This document shows, one piece after another, positions 26,431 through 34,141 of a stretch of DNA of 50,049 bases; positions within the stretch are counted from its first letter, which is position 1; each line of letters begins with the position of its first letter. A model generated the notes under the pieces. The model searched no databases. It saw nothing but the letters and a program-made list of their open reading frames with translations, and was not told the origin of the DNA. A program made the translations under genes and the position numbers. Origin of the DNA: a virus (taxonomy: Duplodnaviria > Caudoviricetes); IMG/VR virus record IMGVR_UViG_3300012942_000060, positions 1-50,049 of that record. One strand, written 5' to 3'.

Positions 26431-28291
26431 TCCCACTGGAGTAGACCGGCTTGAGCGCGGTGCCATGCGGCAGTTCAAACGGCGGATACGGAAAGTCGCC
26501 AAGGTCTACGAAGGTCTGCTGGACCAGATTCCGGCATCGCCGGTGGTGAACCGGTCCAGTACAGAAAGCGGAAGGTATGAGTTTCGGTTGGACCCCTACC
26601 TGTTGTCCATGTTGCTCAACGACGCAGCATCAGCCACTGACAACGAATTGCTGGAAGGCGGAGAACATGCGCTCTGGTTCTCTGAAGCCTACGTCAAACC
26701 CGCCTACCAGCGGGGCACTGCGCAGGCGCACGCGAATCTCGCGCATCAGTCCTCAGTCTACAAAGCCGGTAGTGAGTCGCTGCCCCGGCTGTTGGTTTCG
26801 GATGCCTATCGGACTCGGATGGCGCTGATTCAAGCGCGCCAGTTCGAGGAAATGAAAGGCCTGTCGTCTCAGGTGAAGACAAACATGTCCCGGGTGCTCA
26901 CTGACGGGATTGGCCGGGGTTTGAACCCGCGCAAGATCGCCAAGAATCTCACCGAGCAGGCCGGCATCGAGACACGGCGCGCCAATCGCATTGCGCGAAC
27001 GGAAATCACCACCGCGCTACGCCGGGCCAGGATGGATGAGGCAGATGACGCAGCCGAGCGGTATGGGCTGCGGACGATGCAGATGCATATTTCGGCGCTC
27101 AGCCCCACTACCCGGGCATCTCATGCGGCACGACACGGCCACCTCTACACGACGGACGAAGAGCGCGACTGGTGGAGCCGGGACGGGAACTCGATCAACT
27201 GCTACGTACCAGGCACGAGGGTACAAGGCAGATTCCTGGCTGGGTCAAAAGCCAAATACCGGGGGCCTGTGATCGAGATAGTGACTGCTTCTGGACGGAG
27301 TCTCACCGTTACCCCGAATCATCCCGTATTGACCTCCGCCGGGATGATTCCTGCGGCAGAAATTGGAAAAGGCGATTACGCGGTCGCATACAGTGGGGAG
27401 GCAGAAGATTTTGCTCGGGTAGGTCCGCTGGACGATGAGAAGGTTGAACCCGTTATTGAGCAGGTATTCGGTGCGCTCGTGGAGGCTGGTCATTCGCTCT
27501 CTGCTCGGGTGGGCACTGTAGATTTCCACGGCGACGCGTCCTTCATGGACGAAGACATCGACATTGTAAGGGCCGACAGGGAATTGGTTGTCAGCAGCGA
27601 CCCCATGCTCGGCAAGCATTTGGATGACCTCGCGCTCATACATGCCAACTCGCATATGACGCATTTTGGATGCTCGCTTTGCCCTGACGGCCAGGGGGTC
27701 GATCTGCCCCCTGCGAGCCTTATGTGCCGCCTCAACAAGTTTCTTACTGAAACCCTGGGGGGCGGTTCGATACTTCAAATCTGCGGCCTCTTTGTAAGAC
27801 CGCTGAGAAAGTCCAGCCTTGGAGAATGCTCTGACTATAGACGAGCGGGAGAAGCCAGTTTCTTTGCTCAACTGCTGGACTGTCTTCCCATTCATGTGCT
27901 CAGAAAAAAGCTCATGAATGTTGTGCGTGCTTTCCACTGTCCGCTGAACGTTCTTCGGGATTCCGAGCCGTTTCAAGTGGTACCTAATAGCATCGGTGCT
28001 AACGCCGTATCTCCTGCCGATTGCGGATGGGGCGGCCCCGTCGCGGTATTCCTGGACCAAGTTGTCGATGTCCGATGCGCTGAGTATTCGGGTCATGTCT
28101 TTGATCTCGAAGAGGTGTCAGGGCTCATGGTAGCCAATGGGGTAATTGCAAGCAACTGCAAGTGCGGAACCGTAGAAGTCCTGGTGGACGAGAACAACCA
28201 GCCTCTGGTGCCCGACATCGTCAAGCGGGCCAAGCAAACCAAGAAACTCATGGAGCAGCGCGGCAACGGGCCGTGGGCGCGCAGGAGGTAG
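26393..28291 (+). CDS. MuF/SPP1 gp7-like head morphogenesis protein, intein-containing
   Basis: RANRIARTE, SALSPTTRASHAARHG, split NSIN|CKC motif. Confidence 0.9.
   Translation: MAKAPILPKNRSDPTGVDRLERGAMRQFKRRIRKVAKVYEGLLDQIPASPVVNRSSTESGRYEFRLDPYLLSMLLNDAASATDNELLEGGEHALWFSEAYVKPAYQRGTAQAHANLAHQSSVYKAGSESLPRLLVSDAYRTRMALIQARQFEEMKGLSSQVKTNMSRVLTDGIGRGLNPRKIAKNLTEQAGIETRRANRIARTEITTALRRARMDEADDAAERYGLRTMQMHISALSPTTRASHAARHGHLYTTDEERDWWSRDGNSINCYVPGTRVQGRFLAGSKAKYRGPVIEIVTASGRSLTVTPNHPVLTSAGMIPAAEIGKGDYAVAYSGEAEDFARVGPLDDEKVEPVIEQVFGALVEAGHSLSARVGTVDFHGDASFMDEDIDIVRADRELVVSSDPMLGKHLDDLALIHANSHMTHFGCSLCPDGQGVDLPPASLMCRLNKFLTETLGGGSILQICGLFVRPLRKSSLGECSDYRRAGEASFFAQLLDCLPIHVLRKKLMNVVRAFHCPLNVLRDSEPFQVVPNSIGANAVSPADCGWGGPVAVFLDQVVDVRCAEYSGHVFDLEEVSGLMVANGVIASNCKCGTVEVLVDENNQPLVPDIVKRAKQTKKLMEQRGNGPWARRR
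27245..28096 (-). CDS. Antisense-encoded HTH + DUF559/Vsr-like endonuclease nested inside the intein
   Basis: Two HTHs (PSAIGRRYGVSTDAIRYHLKRLG; TVQQLSKETGFSRSSIVRAF), then YEREV...QFPVGPYNVDV...VAVEIYS..H...RTEYLLNNGFNLLIV. Confidence 0.8.
   Translation of the reverse strand: MTRILSASDIDNLVQEYRDGAAPSAIGRRYGVSTDAIRYHLKRLGIPKNVQRTVESTHNIHELFSEHMNGKTVQQLSKETGFSRSSIVRAFSKAGLSQRSYKEAADLKYRTAPQGFSKKLVEAAHKARRGQIDPLAVRAKRASKMRHMRVGMYEREVIQMLAEHGVAADNQFPVGPYNVDVFVHEGRVAVEIYSAHPSRERMTSLHERTEYLLNNGFNLLIVQRTYPSKIFCLPTVCDRVIAFSNFCRRNHPGGGQYGMIRGNGETPSRSSHYLDHRPPVFGF
28127..28155 (-). promoter_or_regulatory. Candidate sigma70 promoter for the antisense nuclease
   Basis: Minus strand TTGCTT (28155-28150), 17 bp, TACCAT (28132-28127); 30 nt upstream of ATG 28096. 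Confidence 0.5.
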
Positions 28292-28299
28292 CAGTGGCA

Positions 28300-29571
28300 A
28301 TGCAGGTCAACATCACCACGCAGGTGAACAGCGGAACGATACGCCGCGAGCAGCATAATGGTCGCGAGCACTGGGTAGTTCCCAGTTACACGCTACCCGC
28401 CAATGTCGTCATGAATGGCGGGCTCTATCCGGCCAGCGAGATCGACGCCCACTACCAGAAGCTGGAGGGCACGCTGGCGCCACTGGGCCACCCCGAGGTG
28501 AACGGCGAGTTTGTCAGCGCCTTCAGTCCTGAAGGCATCAACGTCGGTCACGTCGGCGCGTTTAACCGCAACGTCAAGAAGTCAGGAAACCGGATCTACG
28601 TCGAGAAATGGATCGATACCGAGGTCGCCCAGCGCACGGATGGCGGTCGCCGGCTCCTGGAGCGCCTGACGGCGCTGGAGAATGGCGAGGATGTGCCGCC
28701 GATCCACACCAGTGTGGCGGTGTTCCTGGAGCGCATGGAGGCCAGCGAACAGCAACGGGAAGAGGGTGGGTACGACTGGGTGGCCAAAATTCACGACATG
28801 GACCACGACGCCATCCTGCTGGATGAGGTCGGAGCGGCCACCCCTGAGCAGGGCGTCGGGATGATGGTCAACGCTGACCAAGCCATACCCGTTCAGCCGA
28901 ATGCCGGCGCGCTGGCTGGTCAATCCTACCGCGAGAAAGAGCAGCAATTGGACCGGGCCGCGCAGGAGCGCTTTGCGCCCGGCGCTCAGGAGTACGCCTG
29001 GGTGGCGGATTTCACTGATTCTCAGGTGGTCATCGTCCAGAACGGCGGCGAGGCCCAGATCTACGGCTACAGCATTGAAGACGGAAAGATCACGTTCAGC
29101 GACACAGGCATTCCCGTGGTTCGCAAGGAATCGTGGGTGCAAACCGTTGTGAACAGCGTGAAAGGTTTTTTCAACCATCAGGCTCGGCCTGATCAACCCC
29201 AAGAGGAGGGCGATATGCCCCTGACCCCCGAAGAGCGGGCCGAGCTCGTCAAAGAAATCGGCGCAAACGTCGGCGAAACCATCGCCGAGCATCTGAAACC
29301 CATCAGCGAGAAGGTAGACACACTGGAGGCCAACCAGAAGTCGCTGAGCGATTCCCTGACCGCGAATCAGCGGGCTGAGGAGGAAGCCAAGCGCGAGACG
29401 GTGGCGGCCAAGTTCGGCAAGGATGTGGCCGAAGGCCTTACCGGCAACGCCCTGGAATCGCTGTACAAGCAGTGTGGCGATGCCGCTGCGTTGGCTGGCA
29501 ACACCGGCCGGACAGAGGCGGAAACCGGCGCTCCTGATCCCGTCGCACACTTTGGAGGTGCCAAGCAATGA
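28300..29571 (+). CDS. Prohead protease/scaffold protein (DUF2213-like)
   Basis: APLGHP, DHDAILLDEVGA; charged scaffold-like C-terminus; position. Confidence 0.75.
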   Translation: MQVNITTQVNSGTIRREQHNGREHWVVPSYTLPANVVMNGGLYPASEIDAHYQKLEGTLAPLGHPEVNGEFVSAFSPEGINVGHVGAFNRNVKKSGNRIYVEKWIDTEVAQRTDGGRRLLERLTALENGEDVPPIHTSVAVFLERMEASEQQREEGGYDWVAKIHDMDHDAILLDEVGAATPEQGVGMMVNADQAIPVQPNAGALAGQSYREKEQQLDRAAQERFAPGAQEYAWVADFTDSQVVIVQNGGEAQIYGYSIEDGKITFSDTGIPVVRKESWVQTVVNSVKGFFNHQARPDQPQEEGDMPLTPEERAELVKEIGANVGETIAEHLKPISEKVDTLEANQKSLSDSLTANQRAEEEAKRETVAAKFGKDVAEGLTGNALESLYKQCGDAAALAGNTGRTEAETGAPDPVAHFGGAKQ

Positions 29572-30014
29572 GCCGCTATCGCCGCATCAACATTGACGGA
29601 AAATCGCTGTTCAAAACCGAAACTCGCGTGACCGCTGCTGCGCTCAAGCCTGGCACGTTCGCCACCATCAATGACGACAACCAGTTTGCCCAGGTTGCGG
29701 CAGTGGAGGGCAGACTGTACGTCATTGACAGCGCGTACCACGAGGGCTTGACCATCACCGATGAGGTGCCGGCCGGACACTCTGCCATCGGTAACTACGT
29801 CGAAGAGGCCCGCGAAATGGCGGTGCTTGTCGCGGCTGGGACCTACACCAAAGACCAGGCCATGACGGTCAACGCCTCTGGCGAGGCCGCTGCCATCCCT
29901 ACCGATGAAGGGACGTATGACGTCATTGGTTACTGTCAGGATGACGCCGTTCTGGCGGACGCCGATTTTGTCCGCATCCGCTTCCGGGCATCGTCCGTAA
30001 CCGTTGCCGCGTAA
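29568..30014 (+). CDS. Capsid decoration/minor capsid protein
   Basis: Between scaffold and capsid genes. Confidence 0.7.
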   Translation: MSRYRRINIDGKSLFKTETRVTAAALKPGTFATINDDNQFAQVAAVEGRLYVIDSAYHEGLTITDEVPAGHSAIGNYVEEAREMAVLVAAGTYTKDQAMTVNASGEAAAIPTDEGTYDVIGYCQDDAVLADADFVRIRFRASSVTVAA

Positions 30015-30026
30015 AAGGAGACGACA

Positions 30027-31118
30027 ATGTTTTTTACCCCCGACGCACTGGCCGCCAACGGCCGTATGCGTGCCCACTGGAATGAACTGTGGGCCAACCG
30101 CAACATCTTCAACCGGCAGCAGAAAAGGATGTTTGAGGCTAACCGCGCCGAAATGACCCCGGAAATGCTGGCCGCCAACGCGCTGGCCGGTCCCAGCCGG
30201 GAATTCTGGCAGGAAGTTGACCGCCAAATCATCCAGATGCGTGACCAGGAAACCGGCATGGAGATCGTGAACGACCTGATGGGCGTTCAAACCGTGCTCC
30301 CCATCGGCAAGACCGCCAAGCTGTACAACGTTGTGGGCGACATTGCTGACGACGTGTCGATCAGCCTGGATGGCCAGCCTCCGTACTCGTTTGATCACAC
30401 CGAGTACGACAGCGATGGCGACCCGATCCCGGTGTTTACCGCAGGCTACGGTGTCAACTGGCGCCATGCCGCAGGGCTGCAAACTGTCGGCATTGATCTT
30501 GTGCTGGATTCGCAAGCTGCGAAGATGCGCAAGTTCAACAAGCGGTTGGTGTCCTACATTCTGGACGGCGCGGATTCAATCAAAGTCCAAAGCTATCCGG
30601 GCCAGGGTCTTCGGAACCACCGGAACACCATCAAACTGAATTTGGGCTCCGGTGCCGGCGGTGCGGACATCGACCTCACGAGTGCCAGCCAGACGGACAT
30701 TGCCTCGTTCTTCACCTCTGGCGCGTTCGGTCAGGTCGCTCGCGACAACTTTGTGGAGGCCTACGATGTGATGTGGGTATCTCCGCAAGTTTGGGCCAAC
30801 CTGATGAAGCCGGCGACAGTCACCATCGGCGGTAATACGCTGCTGTCTGGCGGCACCGTGCTGAATGTGGTTCAGGGCTTCGCCCCGGCCCGCTCCATCA
30901 AGCAGACCTTCGCGCTGTCCGGCAATGAGTTCATCGCCTACCAGCGCCGTCAGGATGTGGTTTCCCCGCTGGTCGGGATGACCACCGGTGTCGTTCCGCT
31001 GCCTCGCCCGATGCCGCAATCCAACTACAACTTCCAGATCATGGCTGCCATCGGCCTTCAGGTGAAGAAAGATGGCGAGGGCAAGTCTGGCGTGTTGTAC
31101 GGCGCCGATCTGGATTAA
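30027..31118 (+). CDS. Major capsid protein
   Basis: 363 aa, strong SD, position. Confidence 0.85.
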   Translation: MFFTPDALAANGRMRAHWNELWANRNIFNRQQKRMFEANRAEMTPEMLAANALAGPSREFWQEVDRQIIQMRDQETGMEIVNDLMGVQTVLPIGKTAKLYNVVGDIADDVSISLDGQPPYSFDHTEYDSDGDPIPVFTAGYGVNWRHAAGLQTVGIDLVLDSQAAKMRKFNKRLVSYILDGADSIKVQSYPGQGLRNHRNTIKLNLGSGAGGADIDLTSASQTDIASFFTSGAFGQVARDNFVEAYDVMWVSPQVWANLMKPATVTIGGNTLLSGGTVLNVVQGFAPARSIKQTFALSGNEFIAYQRRQDVVSPLVGMTTGVVPLPRPMPQSNYNFQIMAAIGLQVKKDGEGKSGVLYGADLD

Positions 31119-31127
31119 GGAGGAGAT

Positions 31128-31403
31128 ATGCGCAAGTACAAGGTGATTCGACCCTGGCACGGCGTTCGCGCCGGCCAGATCGTCGAACTGGAAAAGCTGC
31201 ATCCTTCTCTCCGGGCGAACGTGTTTCCCCTGGACGATGAGGTGAAACTGGAACCGGCAACGCCTTCCGCTGGCACTGGCAGTCACGGTGCTGGCGGACG
31301 CAAGGCGGAGATCGTTGCCCAGCTCAAGGAACTGGGCATCGAGTTTGACGGCCGCAAGAGCGCGGAGGACTTGGCCGCGCTACTGCCGGAAGGCGCCGAG
31401 TAA
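31128..31403 (+). CDS. Small head-associated protein
   Basis: KAEIVAQLKELGIEFDGRKSAEDLAALL (HeH-like C-terminus). Confidence 0.7.
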   Translation: MRKYKVIRPWHGVRAGQIVELEKLHPSLRANVFPLDDEVKLEPATPSAGTGSHGAGGRKAEIVAQLKELGIEFDGRKSAEDLAALLPEGAE

Positions 31404-31414
31404 TCGGTCATCAT

Positions 31415-31440
31415 GCCCCGCTTCGGCGGGGCCTTTTTTT
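31415..31440 (+). terminator. Intrinsic terminator after capsid genes
   Basis: GCCCCGC-ttcg-GCGGGGC + T7. Confidence 0.85.
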
Positions 31441-31449
31441 GAGAAAGTC

Positions 31450-31851
31450 ATGGATCTGACGATTGAACAGGCTCGGGAATACTTGGCCAGCCTGGGCATC
31501 ACTGTGCCTGATTTCGTGTTGCAGATTCTGGTGAGCCAAGCGAACGGCATGGACGAATGTCTTGTCGGTGCTGGGTACCCCGAAAGCACGGCCCTGCTGA
31601 TCAAGCTCTACCTGATCAGTCTTTTGGGGCTGGCTCAGGGCGACAAGTTTGTCAGCTCGCAAACAGCGCCTTCTGGCGCTTCACAGTCGTTCAAATACCG
31701 GTCGTTGGCCGATGCCTGGAAAGGGCAGTATGGATTGCTGCGGTCGCTGGACAAATCTGGATGCGCCACTGACCTGATTCCGCCCGATCCAACCGCAAAA
31801 GCCTATGGCGGATTGTGGACGGCACGTGGCGGCTGCATGTGCGGAGACTGA
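31450..31851 (+). CDS. Head-tail adaptor
   Basis: Position; SSQTAPSGASQSF. Confidence 0.7.
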   Translation: MDLTIEQAREYLASLGITVPDFVLQILVSQANGMDECLVGAGYPESTALLIKLYLISLLGLAQGDKFVSSQTAPSGASQSFKYRSLADAWKGQYGLLRSLDKSGCATDLIPPDPTAKAYGGLWTARGGCMCGD

Positions 31852-31852
31852 T

Positions 31853-32173
31853 GTGTCGTCCATTTCCCGGTGGAGCTACGCCAACACGGCGACGATCCGA
31901 CCATTCATGTCCATTGATCTGATGACCGGTGAAACGCAGTACGGTGACGAATACACCATCGCCTGCACCTGGACCGCTGAGGCCGCGCAGGAACGCGATG
32001 ACCGGGGTGCCGAATTTGTGAGCCGCCACCAGGTCTTCACGGAAGATGACCGGCCCAAGTATCTGGACATGATCCGGCTCGGCGATTCCGGCGAGTGGGA
32101 GCAGATCCGATCGGTGACGGGATGGGATATGGCCATGTTTTCCGATACCCCAGATTTCAAGTTGGTGACGTGA
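31853..32173 (+). CDS. Head closure protein
   Basis: Position; SRWSYANTATI. Confidence 0.65.
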   Translation: MSSISRWSYANTATIRPFMSIDLMTGETQYGDEYTIACTWTAEAAQERDDRGAEFVSRHQVFTEDDRPKYLDMIRLGDSGEWEQIRSVTGWDMAMFSDTPDFKLVT

Positions 32174-32568
32174 TGCCAGTCCGAGGGATTCAGCGCGTGC
32201 GCGCAAATTACCGTGCGAAGGTCGCCAAGGTGAGCAGCCCCATCACAGAGCGCGCCGTTTACGCCATTCTCAGCCAGGGTGGCGCAATGGCGCAGACCAT
32301 GGTGCCAATTGATACGAGCAATCTGTTCAACAGTCAGTACGCGCCACGCATTGATGTGGGAACAACGCGCACCGTCGGCTACCTGGGCTACACAGCGGAT
32401 TATGCTCTGTATGTCCACCAGGCGAAGGCAAAGCTGAAAGGCCAAGATCGCCCGGGCAATCGCGGCCAATACTGGGATCCCAACGCCGAGCCCAAATTTT
32501 TGACCAAAGGGTTCGAGAAGATCAAGCCGTCGATCCCCAGCCTGCTGAAGGGAATCTATCGTGTTTGA
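32173..32568 (+). CDS. Neck/tail completion protein (HK97 gp10-like)
   Basis: PIDTSNLFNS, YTADYALYVH, EPKFLTKGFE. Confidence 0.75.
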   Translation: MPVRGIQRVRANYRAKVAKVSSPITERAVYAILSQGGAMAQTMVPIDTSNLFNSQYAPRIDVGTTRTVGYLGYTADYALYVHQAKAKLKGQDRPGNRGQYWDPNAEPKFLTKGFEKIKPSIPSLLKGIYRV

Positions 32569-33004
32569 CGAATTCTACGAGTGGCTGAGGAACCAGTTGG
32601 CCGACATGGCCCCTGGTGTTTTGGCGGGATCTGAATCGGTCGAGGCCGGCCAGACCAATGTGCCCGCGGGAACAGTCATCGGCATTCAATACAGCAGGGG
32701 GCAGTGGATCGACAACCCGGCACTCGACGATTCCTACATTTGCTCCATTCGGTCTGCCGGTGGCCCATCTCCGGACGTGGACGACAGGCGTCCACGGTTC
32801 CAGGTGATGCTTTTGGGGCCGAGAGATGGGCGCCAGTTCGCTTCTCGGATTTCCGACTGCATGGAAGGCCTGATGCAAAGAAGTTTGACCGAGCCCCCGC
32901 CGTGCGGAGCTGCGTCGATCAGGGCAATCAACGAACCCGTAGGACCCGGGTACACCACGGAAAACCGAGCGTGGTACAGCTTGGATTTCCAACTGACATT
33001 TTGA
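32561..33004 (+). CDS. Tail terminator protein
   Basis: Position; TTENRAWYSLDF. Confidence 0.65.
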   Translation: MFDEFYEWLRNQLADMAPGVLAGSESVEAGQTNVPAGTVIGIQYSRGQWIDNPALDDSYICSIRSAGGPSPDVDDRRPRFQVMLLGPRDGRQFASRISDCMEGLMQRSLTEPPPCGAASIRAINEPVGPGYTTENRAWYSLDFQLTF

Positions 33005-33022
33005 CCATTGAGGAGGCCTGAT

Positions 33023-33514
33023 ATGGCTTGCGAAAAAGAAAAGTTTGTCGGGCGCGATGTCGTCCTTGAGTACTTCATTGGCTGCGGCGACACGCAGCCG
33101 ACCGAAGCGGACTGGGTGCGCATCGGCTCAATGCGTGCGAAGGAATTTAGCCTCGAATGGGAAACCACGGACGCAACGGCAGATGATTCTGTCGGATCGT
33201 TGCGCGAGAACTTGGCCACATTCCAGAGCCTGAGTATTTCCGGGGACGGTACCGTAAAATCCAGCGGCACCGGGGCTGATGGGCTTATCGCACTGACCAA
33301 GCACGTCGCCAATCCCACCGCCACAGATGGGCAGCCAAATGTCTGGGTTCGCATGACGTTCCCGGACCTCACATTCACCTGCTACATGATCGCCACCAAG
33401 ATGAGTCGCTCTGCGCCTTATGATGACGTGACGACCTACTCGTTTGAGGCCAGTTCCACTGCAAGCGATTTTGGCCTGACGGTCGAGGATACCCCGACAG
33501 ATCCCGAAACCTAA
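33023..33514 (+). CDS. Major tail tube protein
   Basis: WETTDATADDS, SRSAPYDDVTTYSFEAS. Confidence 0.8.
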   Translation: MACEKEKFVGRDVVLEYFIGCGDTQPTEADWVRIGSMRAKEFSLEWETTDATADDSVGSLRENLATFQSLSISGDGTVKSSGTGADGLIALTKHVANPTATDGQPNVWVRMTFPDLTFTCYMIATKMSRSAPYDDVTTYSFEASSTASDFGLTVEDTPTDPET

Positions 33515-34128
33515 TGATCCTGGTTGAATCTGGCGAAATCGGCATCTTTGCAAATGCGGGCGAGGCAGTGCTTCGTCCGTCGCTTTATGCAATGTCGAAG
33601 ATTGGGACACCATCCCAGATCGTCGAACGATACGTCTTCGTCATGGCTGATTTCGAGCAGCCCCAGATTCGGGCCCGTCAGCGAGCCGCGGCGCGTGATG
33701 TCGTGTTCTGCTGCGGACGCGATGAGGACATGGGCCTGCTATTCGACCTGTTCGGCTGCCTCGATGAAACCGGCAAGCCCGTTGACGGCATCGCCGATCC
33801 GGATCACGTCATAGCCTTGGCGCGATGCCTGCTGAAGCATGGGGTCACCGGTGCCTTGCCGCCTGAAAAGGTCAACTCAGAGGGTGGGGGTTACGCAAAG
33901 ACCTTTGAGGCGCGGGAGTATGTCTCTCTGGCTATAGCGCATCTTGGTGTATCAGAACGCGAGGCATGGGATATGACGATGACAACCCTGGTGGGTGCCT
34001 TGCGTGCCAAATTCCCACCAATGAAGGAAGGCAGTACCGGCGCCAACGCCCCCGCCAAGGAAGAGATGGAAGCCACGCTTGCGTGGCACGACCGGGTTCT
34101 CGAACTCCGCAAGAAAAAACTTCACTGA
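33514..34128 (+). CDS. Tail assembly chaperone
   Basis: Between tube and tape measure genes; HLGVSEREAWDMTMT. Confidence 0.7.
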   Translation: MILVESGEIGIFANAGEAVLRPSLYAMSKIGTPSQIVERYVFVMADFEQPQIRARQRAAARDVVFCCGRDEDMGLLFDLFGCLDETGKPVDGIADPDHVIALARCLLKHGVTGALPPEKVNSEGGGYAKTFEAREYVSLAIAHLGVSEREAWDMTMTTLVGALRAKFPPMKEGSTGANAPAKEEMEATLAWHDRVLELRKKKLH

Positions 34129-34141
34129 CTGAGCGCAATTC

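Larger units (their letters stand above)
27200..28156 (+). mobile_element. Intein (319 aa) in MuF protein
   Basis: Starts C-YVPGT; block B TVTPNHPVLT; block F GHVFDL; ends VIASN before Cys+1; removal restores NSINCKC. Confidence 0.92.

Noticed and set aside
28582-30515. Long antisense ORFs (328 and 382 aa) opposite head genes, and similar ones opposite exo, bet and the MTase
   Set aside because: Shadow ORFs typical of GC-rich coding DNA, with no recognisable domains, unlike 27245-28096.
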